Of a DNA stretch of 62,717 nucleotides, positions 23,186-35,297 are shown piece after piece. Below the pieces are notes generated by a model that saw nothing but the letters and a program-made list of their open reading frames with translations, did no database searches and had not been told where the DNA came from. The translations under genes and the position numbers were made by a program. Source of the DNA: Saprolegnia diclina VS20 (taxonomy: Eukaryota). Positions within the stretch are counted from its first letter, which is position 1. The number at the start of each line of letters is the position of its first letter. The DNA lies in contig NW_008246088.1 of assembly GCF_000281045.1 (NCBI RefSeq), positions 284,974 through 347,690 on the forward strand, in the 5' to 3' direction.

Positions 23186-26100
23186 TCATGGTGTACTGGG
23201 GCGCTCGAGACGCTGCAAGATCGACGCGAGCACCTCACGTTGCGCCGTCACGTGCTCGTGCAACACTTCCTCGAGGCGAAGGACCTTGGCGACGCTACCG
23301 CGCACGTCCTGGCTCAGATCGTGCAGTCGCCCCGAGAGTTGCTGCAGCTCGGTCTGGAGCTCGCTCGTGCCGTCCACAGTTGGCGGTCGAGCAACGGTCT
23401 TGGCGGCTTCGCTGTACGAATCAAACGACCGCAGCGCCGCCGACGCATAGAGTCGCTCGATGGACGCGGGCCCGAGCCACGCCTCGTACCGGTGCAGCGT
23501 GTTGGCTAGCTCCTTCACCGCAAGCACCTCGGCTTGGCTCTTGATGCTGTCGTATTCAGCCGTCATCATCGCAACAAGCATGTTGAGGCCGACAATGTTG
23601 ACGCAAAGGAGGTACGTGATCAGCACGAGAAGGCCGGCGGTGTACCGGACGCTGTTGGTCGTCGCGCCGTAGACGTCGTGGAAGTTGAGCTCGCCAAACA
23701 TGAGGAAGAAGACCGTCACGAGCGTCTCACGGAGGCTCGTGTGGCCGGTCGCGCCGTGAAACACGAGGTAGAACGCTGCTGCAAAGCCCACGAGGAGGAT
23801 CGCGTACAGAAGGCAAAACTTGAGCGCGACTTTGAGCATACGCGAAAAAGTAAAGAGCAGCACGGAGAAGTAGGAGAACACGAGAAGCCCTTGCAGCAGC
23901 CCAAACAAGAGGAGGATGCTCGCGACGCTGAGACACGACTCTTTCACGGACGCAGGCATATGCAGTGCATCCATCGGGATCGACAGCAGCAGCAGCGTGT
24001 ACGACGCAATGTTGATGTAGTTCCACAGCGACGTCCAGTACGCCGATGCGTGCAGCCGCATTTCTTGCCACATCTCAACGTACGCAAGATGGTAGAGCGC
24101 AAGCAGCCACGTGAGTCCTTTGAAGCACAAGACAACAACGTCGTCCACCGTAGTGAGCGGCAGCCACGAGGCGACGCTGCGTGCCGGCGTCGATGATGGC
24201 GCGTCGTCGGCCACGAGCGTGTAGTTGGAGAACGTAAAGCTGACGAGGAGCAGCGCCGACAAACAGAGCTCCTTGCGGTACATGCGTCGACCAAAGAGCT
24301 ACACAAGCATGTGCGCCAACCTACAGACGAGACGGACGAAAGGACGTACGTGCCACTTGGCGCGAAGGGCGTTGCGGACGGTCGGGTGCAAGAGCACGCG
24401 ACTTGTCTCGCCCGTCGTGGCCATGATGCGATCGAGGTGGCGGCACACGTCGCGCACACACTGGAAACGGTACGTTGTCGTGCCGTGCCAGTGCTTGGTC
24501 TGCACGAAATGGTCGAGGTACGCGGGGAGCGCAAAGCCAAAGTCCGTCGCGATCCGGTCAAACGCTGCGCGATTCCAAGCGCAGGACGCGGACGATGCAC
24601 TCACGGTAGCCGATGGCTCCGCAAGGGACGCTGGGTGCTGCAAGAGTAGCTCGACGATGGCATTGTTGGCTTGGATGTGCCTCGGACTCAGCCGACGCAG
24701 CGTTTGGCCGAGGCAAATGTGCAGTGGTGTCTGCCACGCCTCGTCCGTCATCATGGAAACGTCGCTGACGTCGTCGAGTGTCGGCCGCAGTAGCCGCGAG
24801 TCGGACCCTTGCTCAGTGAGCGACGAGCTGCCCATCCAGTGGGGCGCACTGCGGCAGCTGCGCCGCACGTCGGCGCCGCGCGAGAGCAAAAAAGCACAAA
24901 TGCCGGACAGTTGACGGTCGCACGCAACATGCAGCGCGGTTTGGCCGCGTTTGTTCTACCCCACACACGTCGCAGTGAGTAGAAGTGAGACGAGCGTACC
25001 GGCGTGTCGACGTTCATCTTGGCGGTCGTGAGAAGGTACGTGAGCTCCTGCGTTCGGTCGCGGGACGTATCGCCGGCAAAAATGTGCAGGAGCGTGTCGC
25101 CGGTCGAGCGCACGATGCACTCCGCGCACACTACGCGCTCAAGCGCCTCGGCACCGCAGCGGTCGGCTTCCAATACCGTCTGAAAGACGAGCAGCGCACT
25201 CGCGTCGTCGGCCGCGAGGCCCTCGGGATGGTAAAACTATCAAGATATCAAGGTATCAGTGAGATTCTATCGTCCGCCGACGAGTACCGCATCGCAGCGG
25301 GCGATGGCTTCGAGAACGGTCGGTGTCGTCTTGCTCGCCTCGTCGAGGCGCTCGAGGAGCGTCGGAAGAAGCGACGGGTGCTGCGCTGTCACCGTGCTCT
25401 TGAGCTGCGCCAGAACCGCTTTTGTCGTCGGGAGCGAGCGCGGCGTTGCGAGAAAATACTCGAGCACGGCGTCGGACGGCAGCGGCGCGGCAAAGTTGAT
25501 GGCATGCCAGCCATCGGTGCAGAGCGTACTCGGGTGCTTGAGGCGGTCGTCGACAGTACCTGTTGCTTTCGCAGCATCCGCACCGCGATGTACAAGCGCG
25601 CGGCAAGCGCCCAGGGCGCCGATGGCCGCGGCCTTGTGCAAGGGTGCAAGCCCTGCCCAATTCTACGTCAACACAAATACAACCACACGCTCCAATCGAG
25701 AAAACGTACCGGCTTGTCGAGCAGCTGCGTGACACCGTCGCTGTGGGGACTGGCGAGCCAGTTGGGTCCCAAAAGCATCTCTTCTTGGTGTGCGTCCGTC
25801 GGTCGCGGCGTCATGGCTTGCATCGCATCAAGGAACGCATGCAAGATTGTGTCACCGGATTCGTTGCAGACAAGAAGCGTCGCGGGATCCCCGAGATAAC
25901 TGTAGCCTTCCATGATCTCGCTCACGAGCAGCCGCAGCTTGGCGGGAGCACAGCTTGTCCACTCGTCCTCGTCGAGTGCGGTCGCGCTGTCGAGCGTTCG
26001 CACTGACGCCATGTCCTTGGAGCAAATCGCGCGCAAGACGTTGATACTGCAGGTGCGCTGCGCCATCTCCAGTGGTGTCTTGCCGTAGCAATTCTACCAA

Positions 26101-27859
26101 AGATACAACGTCAAGGTGCCTTCTACGAGCGACTGCCGAGTACAAGCACGTGGATCGGGATCTTTCCGGTCGCTTGCAGGGCGTTCAAGAGGTAGTCGGC
26201 GTGCACGTCGCTCACGTGCTGCGCCGCCATGTGCAGGAGCGTGTTCATCTCAAAGTCGCGCAGCCGGAGACTGCCGTACGTGGCCAGCGTCGCTGGCACC
26301 CCGAGGTCACTACACAGAATACGTCGACTCAGGTGCCTCTCCAACGCCACAGCTTCAGTGTACAAGAGCTCTCCATAAATCGCAGCGAGGCGACGTGTCG
26401 TGACAGCCAGCCACGGCGCTGATGCGTGTCGATAGACGAGCGCATCGTTGCAGTCGAGAGCTGCCGCGCGCGTCTTTGCAAAGAAGCGGCACAGGTCGGC
26501 GTGGCCCAGGCTCGCTGCAACGTGCAAGGGCGTCGCGCCGTCCATGTCCTAATATACGTCGCCTGTGCCCCACGTGCTGCTGCATACTAGAACTCGTAGG
26601 CCGTCGTACCGTCGCATCGAGCTTGGCGTGGTACTTGACAGCGAGCTTGCAGCCGCGGAGACTCCCGCGCTCGGCCAGCACGTGCAGCGGCGTTCGGTGC
26701 TCGTCGTCCTATGCAGTGACTGGTCTAGCACCGTCGGACGCTGGGTGGCACACCTTGATTTGGACCAAGAGGGCGGGGGTCTCGGCGGCAAAGAGCCGCA
26801 GCACACTTTCTTGCTCGTGGCACGCGGCAAGGTGCACGACCGAGCGACCGCGGTGGTCCTACGCACTCGCTCGAGCGGCCGTGTTGCAAGAATATACAAG
26901 CACCTTGGCGTCGAGACTCGCGCCAAACTGGAGCAGGAGGCGACACGCGTCGAGGTTGCCCGACGAAGCGGTACACGCCAGCGCCGTACGACCGTACCGG
27001 TCCTGTCGACTGGCGTGAGCTACTGGTGGTGCAGCATTCGACCTTGAGGTGGACAATGGCAGGGTCGTGCTCGACGAAGACGCGCAAGAGGCCTGGGCGG
27101 TCCAGCACCGAATGGAATATCGGCGCTTGCGACGCGTCGGGCTGCTACGAGGAGACGTCGCGTCCGAGGCCACTCGGGGTCACGTACGCTCAGCGCTGGC
27201 GATACGCCTGCGTCCAAGAGGCAACGCACGGCGTCGTCGGGCGATGCGTCATGAAGGGCTGCGAGTAGCTCCTACACGATGCTCGTTATGAAAAGGTAAA
27301 GGAGCCTTGAGAGAATGTAGAGCGTACGCGGGCGCCGTCGTCGTGGAGCTGTGGCAGCAGCACCTGCGCCATAGCAGCTTGCTGCGTTCGGGCCGCAATG
27401 TAAAAGGCAGAATACCCCTCGGCCGTCTACTCATCAAGAAAGATCGATGAAGGCGGATGCACAGGTCGTACGGTGATGTGGACGTCGGCGTTGGCGTCGA
27501 CCAGAAGGCGGAAGATCGCCATGTTGGCCGAAAGAACTGCGACGACGAGCGCTGTCTTGCCGCCATCGTCCTGCCGTGGCAGCCATCGCGCCATGCAAAA
27601 GAGTGCAAGGAACTTACCTGGTCGTTGAGCTCCACGTGCTTGGCCAAGAGAGCTCGCGTGAGGCGCTCGTACCCGCGGCCGGCAGCAAGATGCAGTAGCG
27701 TCTGCTTCGTCTGGGGCGACTACGCATCGCCGGTCGTCGATGCTAGCTCTAGCCAATGTGCAGTACCTTGTAGGTGGTCAGGTCGTCGCCATGGTCGTCG
27801 CCCAGCACTCGGCGTACGAGCACGTCCTCGTCGAGCGCATTGAGCTCTGCGTCGCTCAT
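23186..27859 (-). CDS. Ankyrin-repeat TRP cation channel (TRPA/TRPV-like architecture), many exons
   Basis: Many ankyrin repeats (GATPLHVAASLGH, GRTALACTASSGNLDAC, GDTLLH) followed by 6-TM domain with YWTSLWNYINI, pore FFLMFGELNF, S6 GLNMLVAMMTAEYDSI and coiled-coil tail. Confidence 0.85.
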
Positions 27860-28038
27860 CGTTCTCTCGGCAGTATCTTGTCCAGTGTCCGATAAAGTGC
27901 GTTATCTTGCCAATTTTCCTACTGAAACCAAGTACTTATTTCGTACTTAACAGGAATATTTAAACTGATAGATTGAAACAAATCGAAAAATGTGATATCT
28001 ATTCCTTAAACCTACCAACTAGTCATCGTCGTTGTGGT

Positions 28039-31000
28039 CTACACGACGTCCCCTTGGCGCGAACTGCGAGGCGACGCCAGCGCTTCGAGCACTTCAATGT
28101 CCCCCAAATCACCGTCGGCATCGACGACGTCGACGACGTGCTCGGTCGTTGTCGGCGCTTCCGGGAGCAACGGGAGGCGGGCGGGCGCCGAATCCGGTGG
28201 CAAACCCGTCGACCGGCGCGTTGGTTTCTCCTCATTCGGCGCTTCGACGATGTGGGACGTGGAGAGGGAGTGGCGAAACTTGGGCACGACCGGCGGCTTG
28301 GCGCCAAACGCGTCGACGTCCGAGACCGACCGCGTGATCGCGTCAAACTGCACCGCCGACGCGCGCTTGGGCTTCTTGGAGAGGAACATGTGCTTGGCGC
28401 GCTGCGTGGCCATGAGCACTTGCGCGGCTTCCGCGACGTTTTCAGCCTGGACGTCCTCGGACCGGCCAAACATTCTACACGGGGATCAACACCTGGTCTC
28501 TCCAAGAGCTGCGCAAAGTACCGGAATTTGACGGACGAGCTGTCGGTAAAGCCTTTGGTCGCCGCGCTCTTCTCGGCACTGGCTTCGTGCTTTTGGCGAA
28601 AGGTAAAGCCAAAGCGCAAAATGAGCTTGACCGTCTGCATCGCCGTGTTGCGGTCCATTTGCTTCTCGTCCGGCGTCAGATAGACGTACGGCACGAGGCC
28701 GTTGTGCTCGCGCTTGGCGTCGTCGCGCTGCGGACCGTACTTCCAGCCCTGCGACATGCGCATCTGCGCCCACACGTCGTGCGTGTTTTCAGCGAGGAGC
28801 TCGACGAGCGAGTTGAGCTCCGGTGGGATCTCAATGTCTTCCGTGTCGATGGGCCGAGGCGCATACGTCTCGCCCGGCTCTGCGGCGCTCCCAAAGTTGA
28901 CGTCAATGCCCGCGAGCACCGACTCGTCAATCGACGACGACGACGACGAGAGCGCCGAAGCCGAAGATCCTTGCCGCCCGAGGTGCCGGCCACTGCGTGT
29001 CTTGCCCGTCGACGGCGTCTTCGGGTCCATGATGTACCCCAAGGCTTGGATGATCTTGAGCGCCGACATGGACGTGTCGCGGTCGTACTGCTTGTCCTCT
29101 TCCGTGAGCGCTTCGTACGGCACCAAGTCCGGGTGCAGCTTCTTGTCGTTGTCGCGCGCGGGTCCCCACTTCCAGCCTTGGCTGATGCGGCCTTCGGACC
29201 ACACCTCGTGGGCGTTCTGCGCAAGAAGCTCCGTGAGGCGCGAGACGCTGTTTGGCAGGCGGATATGGCTCGTGTCGGTCGGATTCGGTACGTACTTGTA
29301 CCCGACGAGCTCCCGCTTATCGAGCGGCATGAGCGCTTTGGGGAACCGCTCGACGAATGCAATGGCTTCGGCTTGGACGAGCGCCTCGAGGTTGCTATTG
29401 GGGACGCGGATTTGCCCGCGCTGGACCTTCTTGGCGAGGAAGAGGCGAAACTGCTTGACGAGCTCGTCAAAGCGGCACGATGAGCCGCGGGCCGAGGCGA
29501 CAAACTGCGCTTCGAGGAGCTGCTCGATCTCATCGTCCGAGATCTTTTGGTTGCGCGACTTGGCGCGGCCATGGCGCCACCAGCGGCACGAGACGGCGCC
29601 CCAGAGATTGCGGAGACACGCAAAGACCCCGTGGCGCACCCACGTACTCGTTGGGAGAATGCACTCTTCGAGGCCTTCGAGGATCGTGTCGCCGTGGTAC
29701 AAGACACGGCAGCAGCGGATGTGGGACCCACTGCCAATGTCCTTGTGGTAGTGGCGCAGGCCAAACGACTCTTCGTCGCGCCCGACGGCTTCGGACGAGT
29801 GGCCCATCGACTCGTGGAGATAGTAAATTTGATCGCCAAGCACTTCGAGCCCGATGCGGTCGTTGGTGAGCGACATGTCGTCGATCTCGAGGATCTGGCC
29901 CGGTCGCAGCTGGCTCACGAGGTGCACGACCTTGGCCGACGGCGCATGGATCGGCACGTACGTGATTGGAAAGTCCCCGCGCTCGGTTTGGCTGAGGTAG
30001 TGCCGGAGCGTCTTGGCGCGCGGACGCGGCGTCGTCGACTCCTTGAAGAGCGTCGACGCCATCTGGGACGGGTCAAAGTCGGCGCAAAACTTGCGCAATG
30101 GCTTGAGAAACTGAATGCAAATGCGGATGACGCGGATCGCTGCTCGAAACTTGGCGCGGAGGCGCGCCTTTTCTGCGTGGAGATATGCATAGTCGACGAG
30201 GAGCACGCATTTGCCGCCCGTGAGCGCCAGCGGCTGCTTCTTCTTCTCGGCCGAGGCCGGCACGATGAGCTTGACCTTGACTTTGAGGCCGCGCACGTAC
30301 TGCTGCGCTTGCATCCACAGATCGTACTCGGCGTCCTTGTCGTAAAACGTGTCTTTGGACGCCTTGTCGCTGTTCAGGAGCTTCATCTTGTTCTCGTCGT
30401 TGAGCTTCTTCTCGTCCATCGCGACGCGGTAGTACTCGGAGATGATGGCCACAAACATGTTGACGAGCACGAGGAAGATCGACACCATGAACGTGAAGAA
30501 GAAGACGCCGGCCATCGCGGGATTCGCATCTAGAAACGAGTTGTAGTCGAACGCGCCGAGGAGCATTTGAAAGCACGCGGCGAGCGAGCTCGAGAGCGAC
30601 CGGTAGTCGCGGACGTGGTTTCCAAAGAGGAGGAAGCCCATGACCGCGTACCCAAAGAAGATGAAGACAAAGATAAAGACAAACGCCACGAGGTCGCTCG
30701 CGGCGAAGCGCAGCGTGCGCCAGAGCATGTTGAGGCGCGTGTTGAGGCGGAGGTACTTGAACACGATCGCGACGCTAATGAGCGCGAGCGCTGCACTGAT
30801 GTTGAAGACGAACCCGAGGTGGTTCCCGACCGTCATAATGTCCACAAAGCAGTCGTCGGCGGTCGTCACCGAGGTGCAGTCGACGGCGTTGACCATGTGC
30901 TCGAGCTTTGGCAAGATCATGTGGCAGTCGACCATGTACGTGCACCACGAGTAGACCATCGCATAGAGAAACCCAAGCTGGACGACGTCGAGCACGTTCC

Positions 31001-32158
31001 ACATCGACTTGATGTACTTGGAGACGCCGTGCTCGGCGAGGTCCGACACTTCGCGGTACGTAAACGTGAGCGTCACGAGCGCAAGGAAGACCATCATGAC
31101 GTTCTCGGTCGTGAAGAAGGCCTCGAGCGACGCGTACCCGATGATGCGGAAGCTTTCGATGCGCGCCGACTTTTCAATGTAGTCGGTGTGCGAGATCTCA
31201 AAGAGCATTTGGAGTCGCGAAAACACATCGGCGTTGTGGTTGTAGACGACCCAGGTCGCGCTCACGTAGCGTGTCGACGGCAGCACGAGCGACCGCTTCA
31301 GATGCCGCAGTAGCTCGCGACCGATCGACGCATTGTCCCGCGGCAAGTACACCGGGTACCCTCCTAGATTGGCGCTGAGACAATGCCATGCAAGAAGATT
31401 CGGGTCATACCCGTGCCGTAGTCCATGCGCGAGTTCCACAGACTCGGCGTAAAGACAAAGGATCGCTGGAGCACGTCCAAGTCGGAGCGGTACGTGAACG
31501 ACTGGTTGAAGCCGTTGTTGCCATACGGGCTCATTTCTTCGTGGTTGAGCGAAAAGTCGGGCGTGCAGAGCTCGTCCGGGAAGAGCTTGAGCGAGTTGGT
31601 GGGCCCGACGCGCGAGCACGGAAGCGACTCGACGCGGCCGGTTCGGATCTGGATGCTCGTGATTTGGTGCGAGTTGCGGTACGGCGAACGATAGTACGAC
31701 GAGACGAGCGGGCCTTGCGCCCACTGCCACATGTCTTCAACGGTCTCGACGTCCATGAACGTCTTCTTCATCGTCATGTTGGGGAACTCCGTGTCGAGGT
31801 ACAGCGACCGCAGCGACGCATTGAGCTCATACGGAATGTGCACGGGCAGCGCGCAAATCGTGAGCATGAGGATGAAGAGGAAGAAGAGGTACAAGATGAG
31901 CTCCTTGTAGAACGAGTTGCGCTTCTCTTGCTCCATCGCGTACTGCACGCGCTTCATGTGGATGCGCATCGTCGAGTAATGGTGCATCTTGCGGTTCCTG
32001 GCCTGCTCGGCGAGGATGGCATCCGCGCTCATGGCCGTCGGGCGCCGCATGGAGAAGAGGCTGAAGCCGGTCGCCTGCGTCTCCGTCGGGCTAATCGGCG
32101 CTTCCTCCTTGCCGCCATCATGCTGCTCGCCATCGTCCGCCCGCTCATGGTCCGCCAT
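28039..32158 (-). CDS. Polycystin-2-like cation channel with two C-terminal ryanodine-receptor (RyR) repeats (oomycete PKDRR type); start uncertain, possibly to 32262
   Basis: PKD channel (YIKSMWNVLDVV, pore CFQMLLGAFDY, LVNMFVAIISEYY) plus two RyR repeats LAQNAHEVWSEGRISQGWKWG..HPDLVPY and LAENTHDVWAQMRMSQGWKYG..HNGLVPY; last exon 28039-28474. Confidence 0.92.
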
Positions 32159-32594
32159 GCGCTCGTCTTGATCGTCGCGACGACGACGTGGTGGACCCTG
32201 GAATGCATCCGGATGGAAGGGTTGCACGAGGTTGCGCTTTTACACATTTCCCACCTGGACATGGTGTTTCCCACGGCACCAGCGCCGGATACACACCACA
32301 TTCCGGTTAAACCTGTAGAACGTGATATATCACGACGCAAGGGTCATTGACACCCAGGTGTGGGACCGCGTTTTGTGATAGACGTGCTGCGTGCAGCTGC
32401 ACGCCGGAACCGATAGAGACACGATATCGTCCGTCGCGGTGCGCAACCCACAACAAGGACGACGTACAAGGCCGTTGAACTAATATTCGACGCTGGCAAA
32501 TATTCGATTTGCGCGCCTGGATTTCCCACCTTTTTCACACCAAGCTTTTTTTAGGAGTGTAGGTATCCAGTGGCGTGGCCTTTCCAAAAATTGT

Positions 32595-32607
32595 TTTTGG
32601 CCAATCA
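32595..32607 (+). promoter_or_regulatory. Extended CCAAT box (TTTTGGCCAATCA)
   Basis: In the divergent promoter between the PKDRR gene and the 32921 gene; identical to 1821 and 44183. Confidence 0.55.
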
Positions 32608-32920
32608 AATCGCAGGAATGTTTTGGGCGAGTCCCTTTCTCACCGCCGGCGTGTTTTTTATTCGACTGCCTCTTTGTATGAACTCGCCAGAATGAACCAA
32701 ACAGCGGGTTTGCGTGCGGCGACCGGTGTAGTCGATGTCCAACTAACTAAAATCTCAGTCTTGCCGGCGATCCCACACCGTCACAACTACACTGTGCTCG
32801 GCGGAGGTGGACGCCTGTGCTTGACGACCGGCTGGCGATCGACGTGCTACTTCTTTGCTTTATCGAATGGAAAAGGACCTGCTACAATCGACAAGTCGCC
32901 CGCACGCACGTGTGCAGCAC

Positions 32921-33589
32921 ATGAGCACCATGGCCGAGACGCCGCCGCCCTCCCTCCGCACCGTCGCGCCCGACCCCGGCATGTCCACGACGACGGTCGT
33001 CATCATCATTGTAGCGGCCATCGTCGGCCTCCTTCTCGTCGTTGCCCTCGGCATCTACATCCTGCGCCGGCGGCGGCGAAGTCAGCAGGAGGCCTTTTCG
33101 CACCCACCGACGTTGCCAACGACGATGCCGCCGCCCGCTGTGCACGCTCCACCAACGATGGTGCCGATGGCCGCACCGACGCATCCTGTGGCCGCGACGT
33201 CCGAGGGCAACGCGCACTTTGCGCCAGCGACGACGACGGTGCAGCACGGCACGAGCCCGGGGTTGCCATCCAACTTTTACGACCGCGGCAACAGCTACAA
33301 CGACGCCGACGCGCGCGACCATCTGCACCACACGCGGTTCACAGACCTTAGCACCAACAGCTATGGTACGGAGAACGTCTCGTTCTCGGGCAGCATCATG
33401 AGCGACTCGAGCGGGTCCTTCTCGTCCCGGCCGTACGACTCGCTGGGCGAGAACGACGTTGCTTGGAAGTACATGACCGACAGCGAGAAGCTGCGCTACA
33501 TGCAGTCGAAGGAAAGCCCGGGCGCCAACAGCCTCCACGACAGCGAGTCGTTTGAGAGCTTCCATGTCGGCCCATCGCGACGGCTCTAA
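32921..33589 (+). CDS. Single-pass membrane protein with Pro/Ser-rich cytoplasmic tail
   Basis: TM helix VVIIIVAAIVGLLLVVALGIYIL followed by RRRRR stop-transfer; strong GC3 codon bias. Confidence 0.75.
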   Translation: MSTMAETPPPSLRTVAPDPGMSTTTVVIIIVAAIVGLLLVVALGIYILRRRRRSQQEAFSHPPTLPTTMPPPAVHAPPTMVPMAAPTHPVAATSEGNAHFAPATTTVQHGTSPGLPSNFYDRGNSYNDADARDHLHHTRFTDLSTNSYGTENVSFSGSIMSDSSGSFSSRPYDSLGENDVAWKYMTDSEKLRYMQSKESPGANSLHDSESFESFHVGPSRRL

Positions 33590-35297
33590 GTTCCTACTGC
33601 AATTCGACAACGATTCATTTTGTACATAGTTTTGGTGTGCAGGACGAGAGCACGTTGCTCGATACCTTGCGAAGACGACGACGCATGCAACGTGCTTGCG
33701 GCTCTTGTTGAACTGGCAACTGCGAGTAGGTGCCAGAGCTCATCGCAACCCCTGAGCCCTTCTACTTGCTGCTAGTACGTTCTAATATATGGAGCATCGT
33801 GGCTTTGCCCGTCGTCGCCGATACTCACACGGCGTCGCGACGTGGCACGCTCCTGTGACAGAGAATCGCATGTGTGTTGGGTCTCGAACAAAGACACGAA
33901 ATTATATAGCAAAACGTGGCAGCGTCGCCTTGCATCGCGCCAGACGTGACCCGCGGAACTAGAAGCGACTGAGGTAGGCAATTCGGACGAGCACCCGGCA
34001 CACCCTCCGTTGTTTGATCTGCCGATCTCACACATGTCCGTCTCTACCAACTCCTCGCGACATGGCTGGGGCATGTACACTGCCTCGACACCACCGAAAG
34101 CGCCTTGTGCAGCAGTAGGCTATCCGCGCCGCCATAGGGGACCGGCGCGAGACCGTGTTTGCAGTCTTTCGCAGCCTTTACTGCGACGCCTTTTGGGCCC
34201 ACGGACATCAAATTTGGCTCTCAGGACGAGTCACGAGTCGAGGTGTCCCCCGCAGGTGCTGCGTGTTGCGCACAGTATCATATAGCTCATCGCTGGGCTG
34301 TCTTCAACATCAATTAATCAATTAATCAATTTCCAGTTGAAATTAAAGTATACCAAAATGACTGAACTTCTCGTCGTAGCGTCCCTGTGCGAGCAGGGTT
34401 GTGCTCTACGTTACATGTTACTGTCCGTCAAACTTATGTGTACTCGAAATGCGTTTTCACATTGGTGTTCCACGATGCGCGCGGCGTCGTTATGGCGACC
34501 ATCAGGTCCATGGGCTCGAGCGCAAGGAAGGAGTTGAAGTAGACACTAGAGATCCAATGGCGCTGAACATGCCTTCGAAGTCGCGTCGTGACTGGTTCTG
34601 CAGGCTGGAGACCCACACGTCCCCAAAACCTCCTCGTCCCAGCATTCAACTGGGCTAGTGGCTCGTTTTATTATATGCACTGCAACGAAGCTATGTCCGA
34701 CCTCGAAGTCGTGCGTTTCCGAGATTGTCGACAAACGGGCAATCACGAATATGCCCTCCCAAACTTCAGGCATTGGACAGCACGAGCACTTGACGATCCA
34801 CACAAGTGCCCCTACCGGTACGCACGCTCCACGCACCAGCTCTTGCATCTACGTACTACGTACAGGCAGCACCGCAGCAAGGGTATATAAGATCTCTTAT
34901 ATACCCTTGACCGCAGCTATCTCTTGCACCCACAAAAGGTGGCAAATTCCGACGTTGGAGGCGCTCCTCCTCGTAACATGTCTCGTCACGAAGCCCGAGC
35001 TGCATGTCTCGCCTGGGAACGCATCGAGCACCACAAGAGCACGCTGCTCGCAGGAGGCGCACGCGTCGCATAGTGCCACAGCTTTGGCGCCACATCCATT
35101 GAGCTCGCAATCTCTTACCTTAAACGGCAACGCCATGCACAATACTGTCCTCGTGGTGTCCGGTCCTTTCCCAAACCGTCGTTTGATTGGTGGCCTGCAA
35201 TCTGTATGCATGATGTGATTGGTTCAAACGTACCATACGTCGTGTGTGATTGGCTGTCGCAGAAAGGCGAGCATGCAGCCTTTCTTCAAAGTGCAAT

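Noticed and set aside
33648..33697. 10-bp inverted repeat AGCACGTTGC / GCAACGTGCT
   Set aside because: Short and isolated; compatible with chance in 62 kb
34309..34331. ATCAATTA tandem repeat, about 3 copies
   Set aside because: Simple slippage repeat with no associated structure
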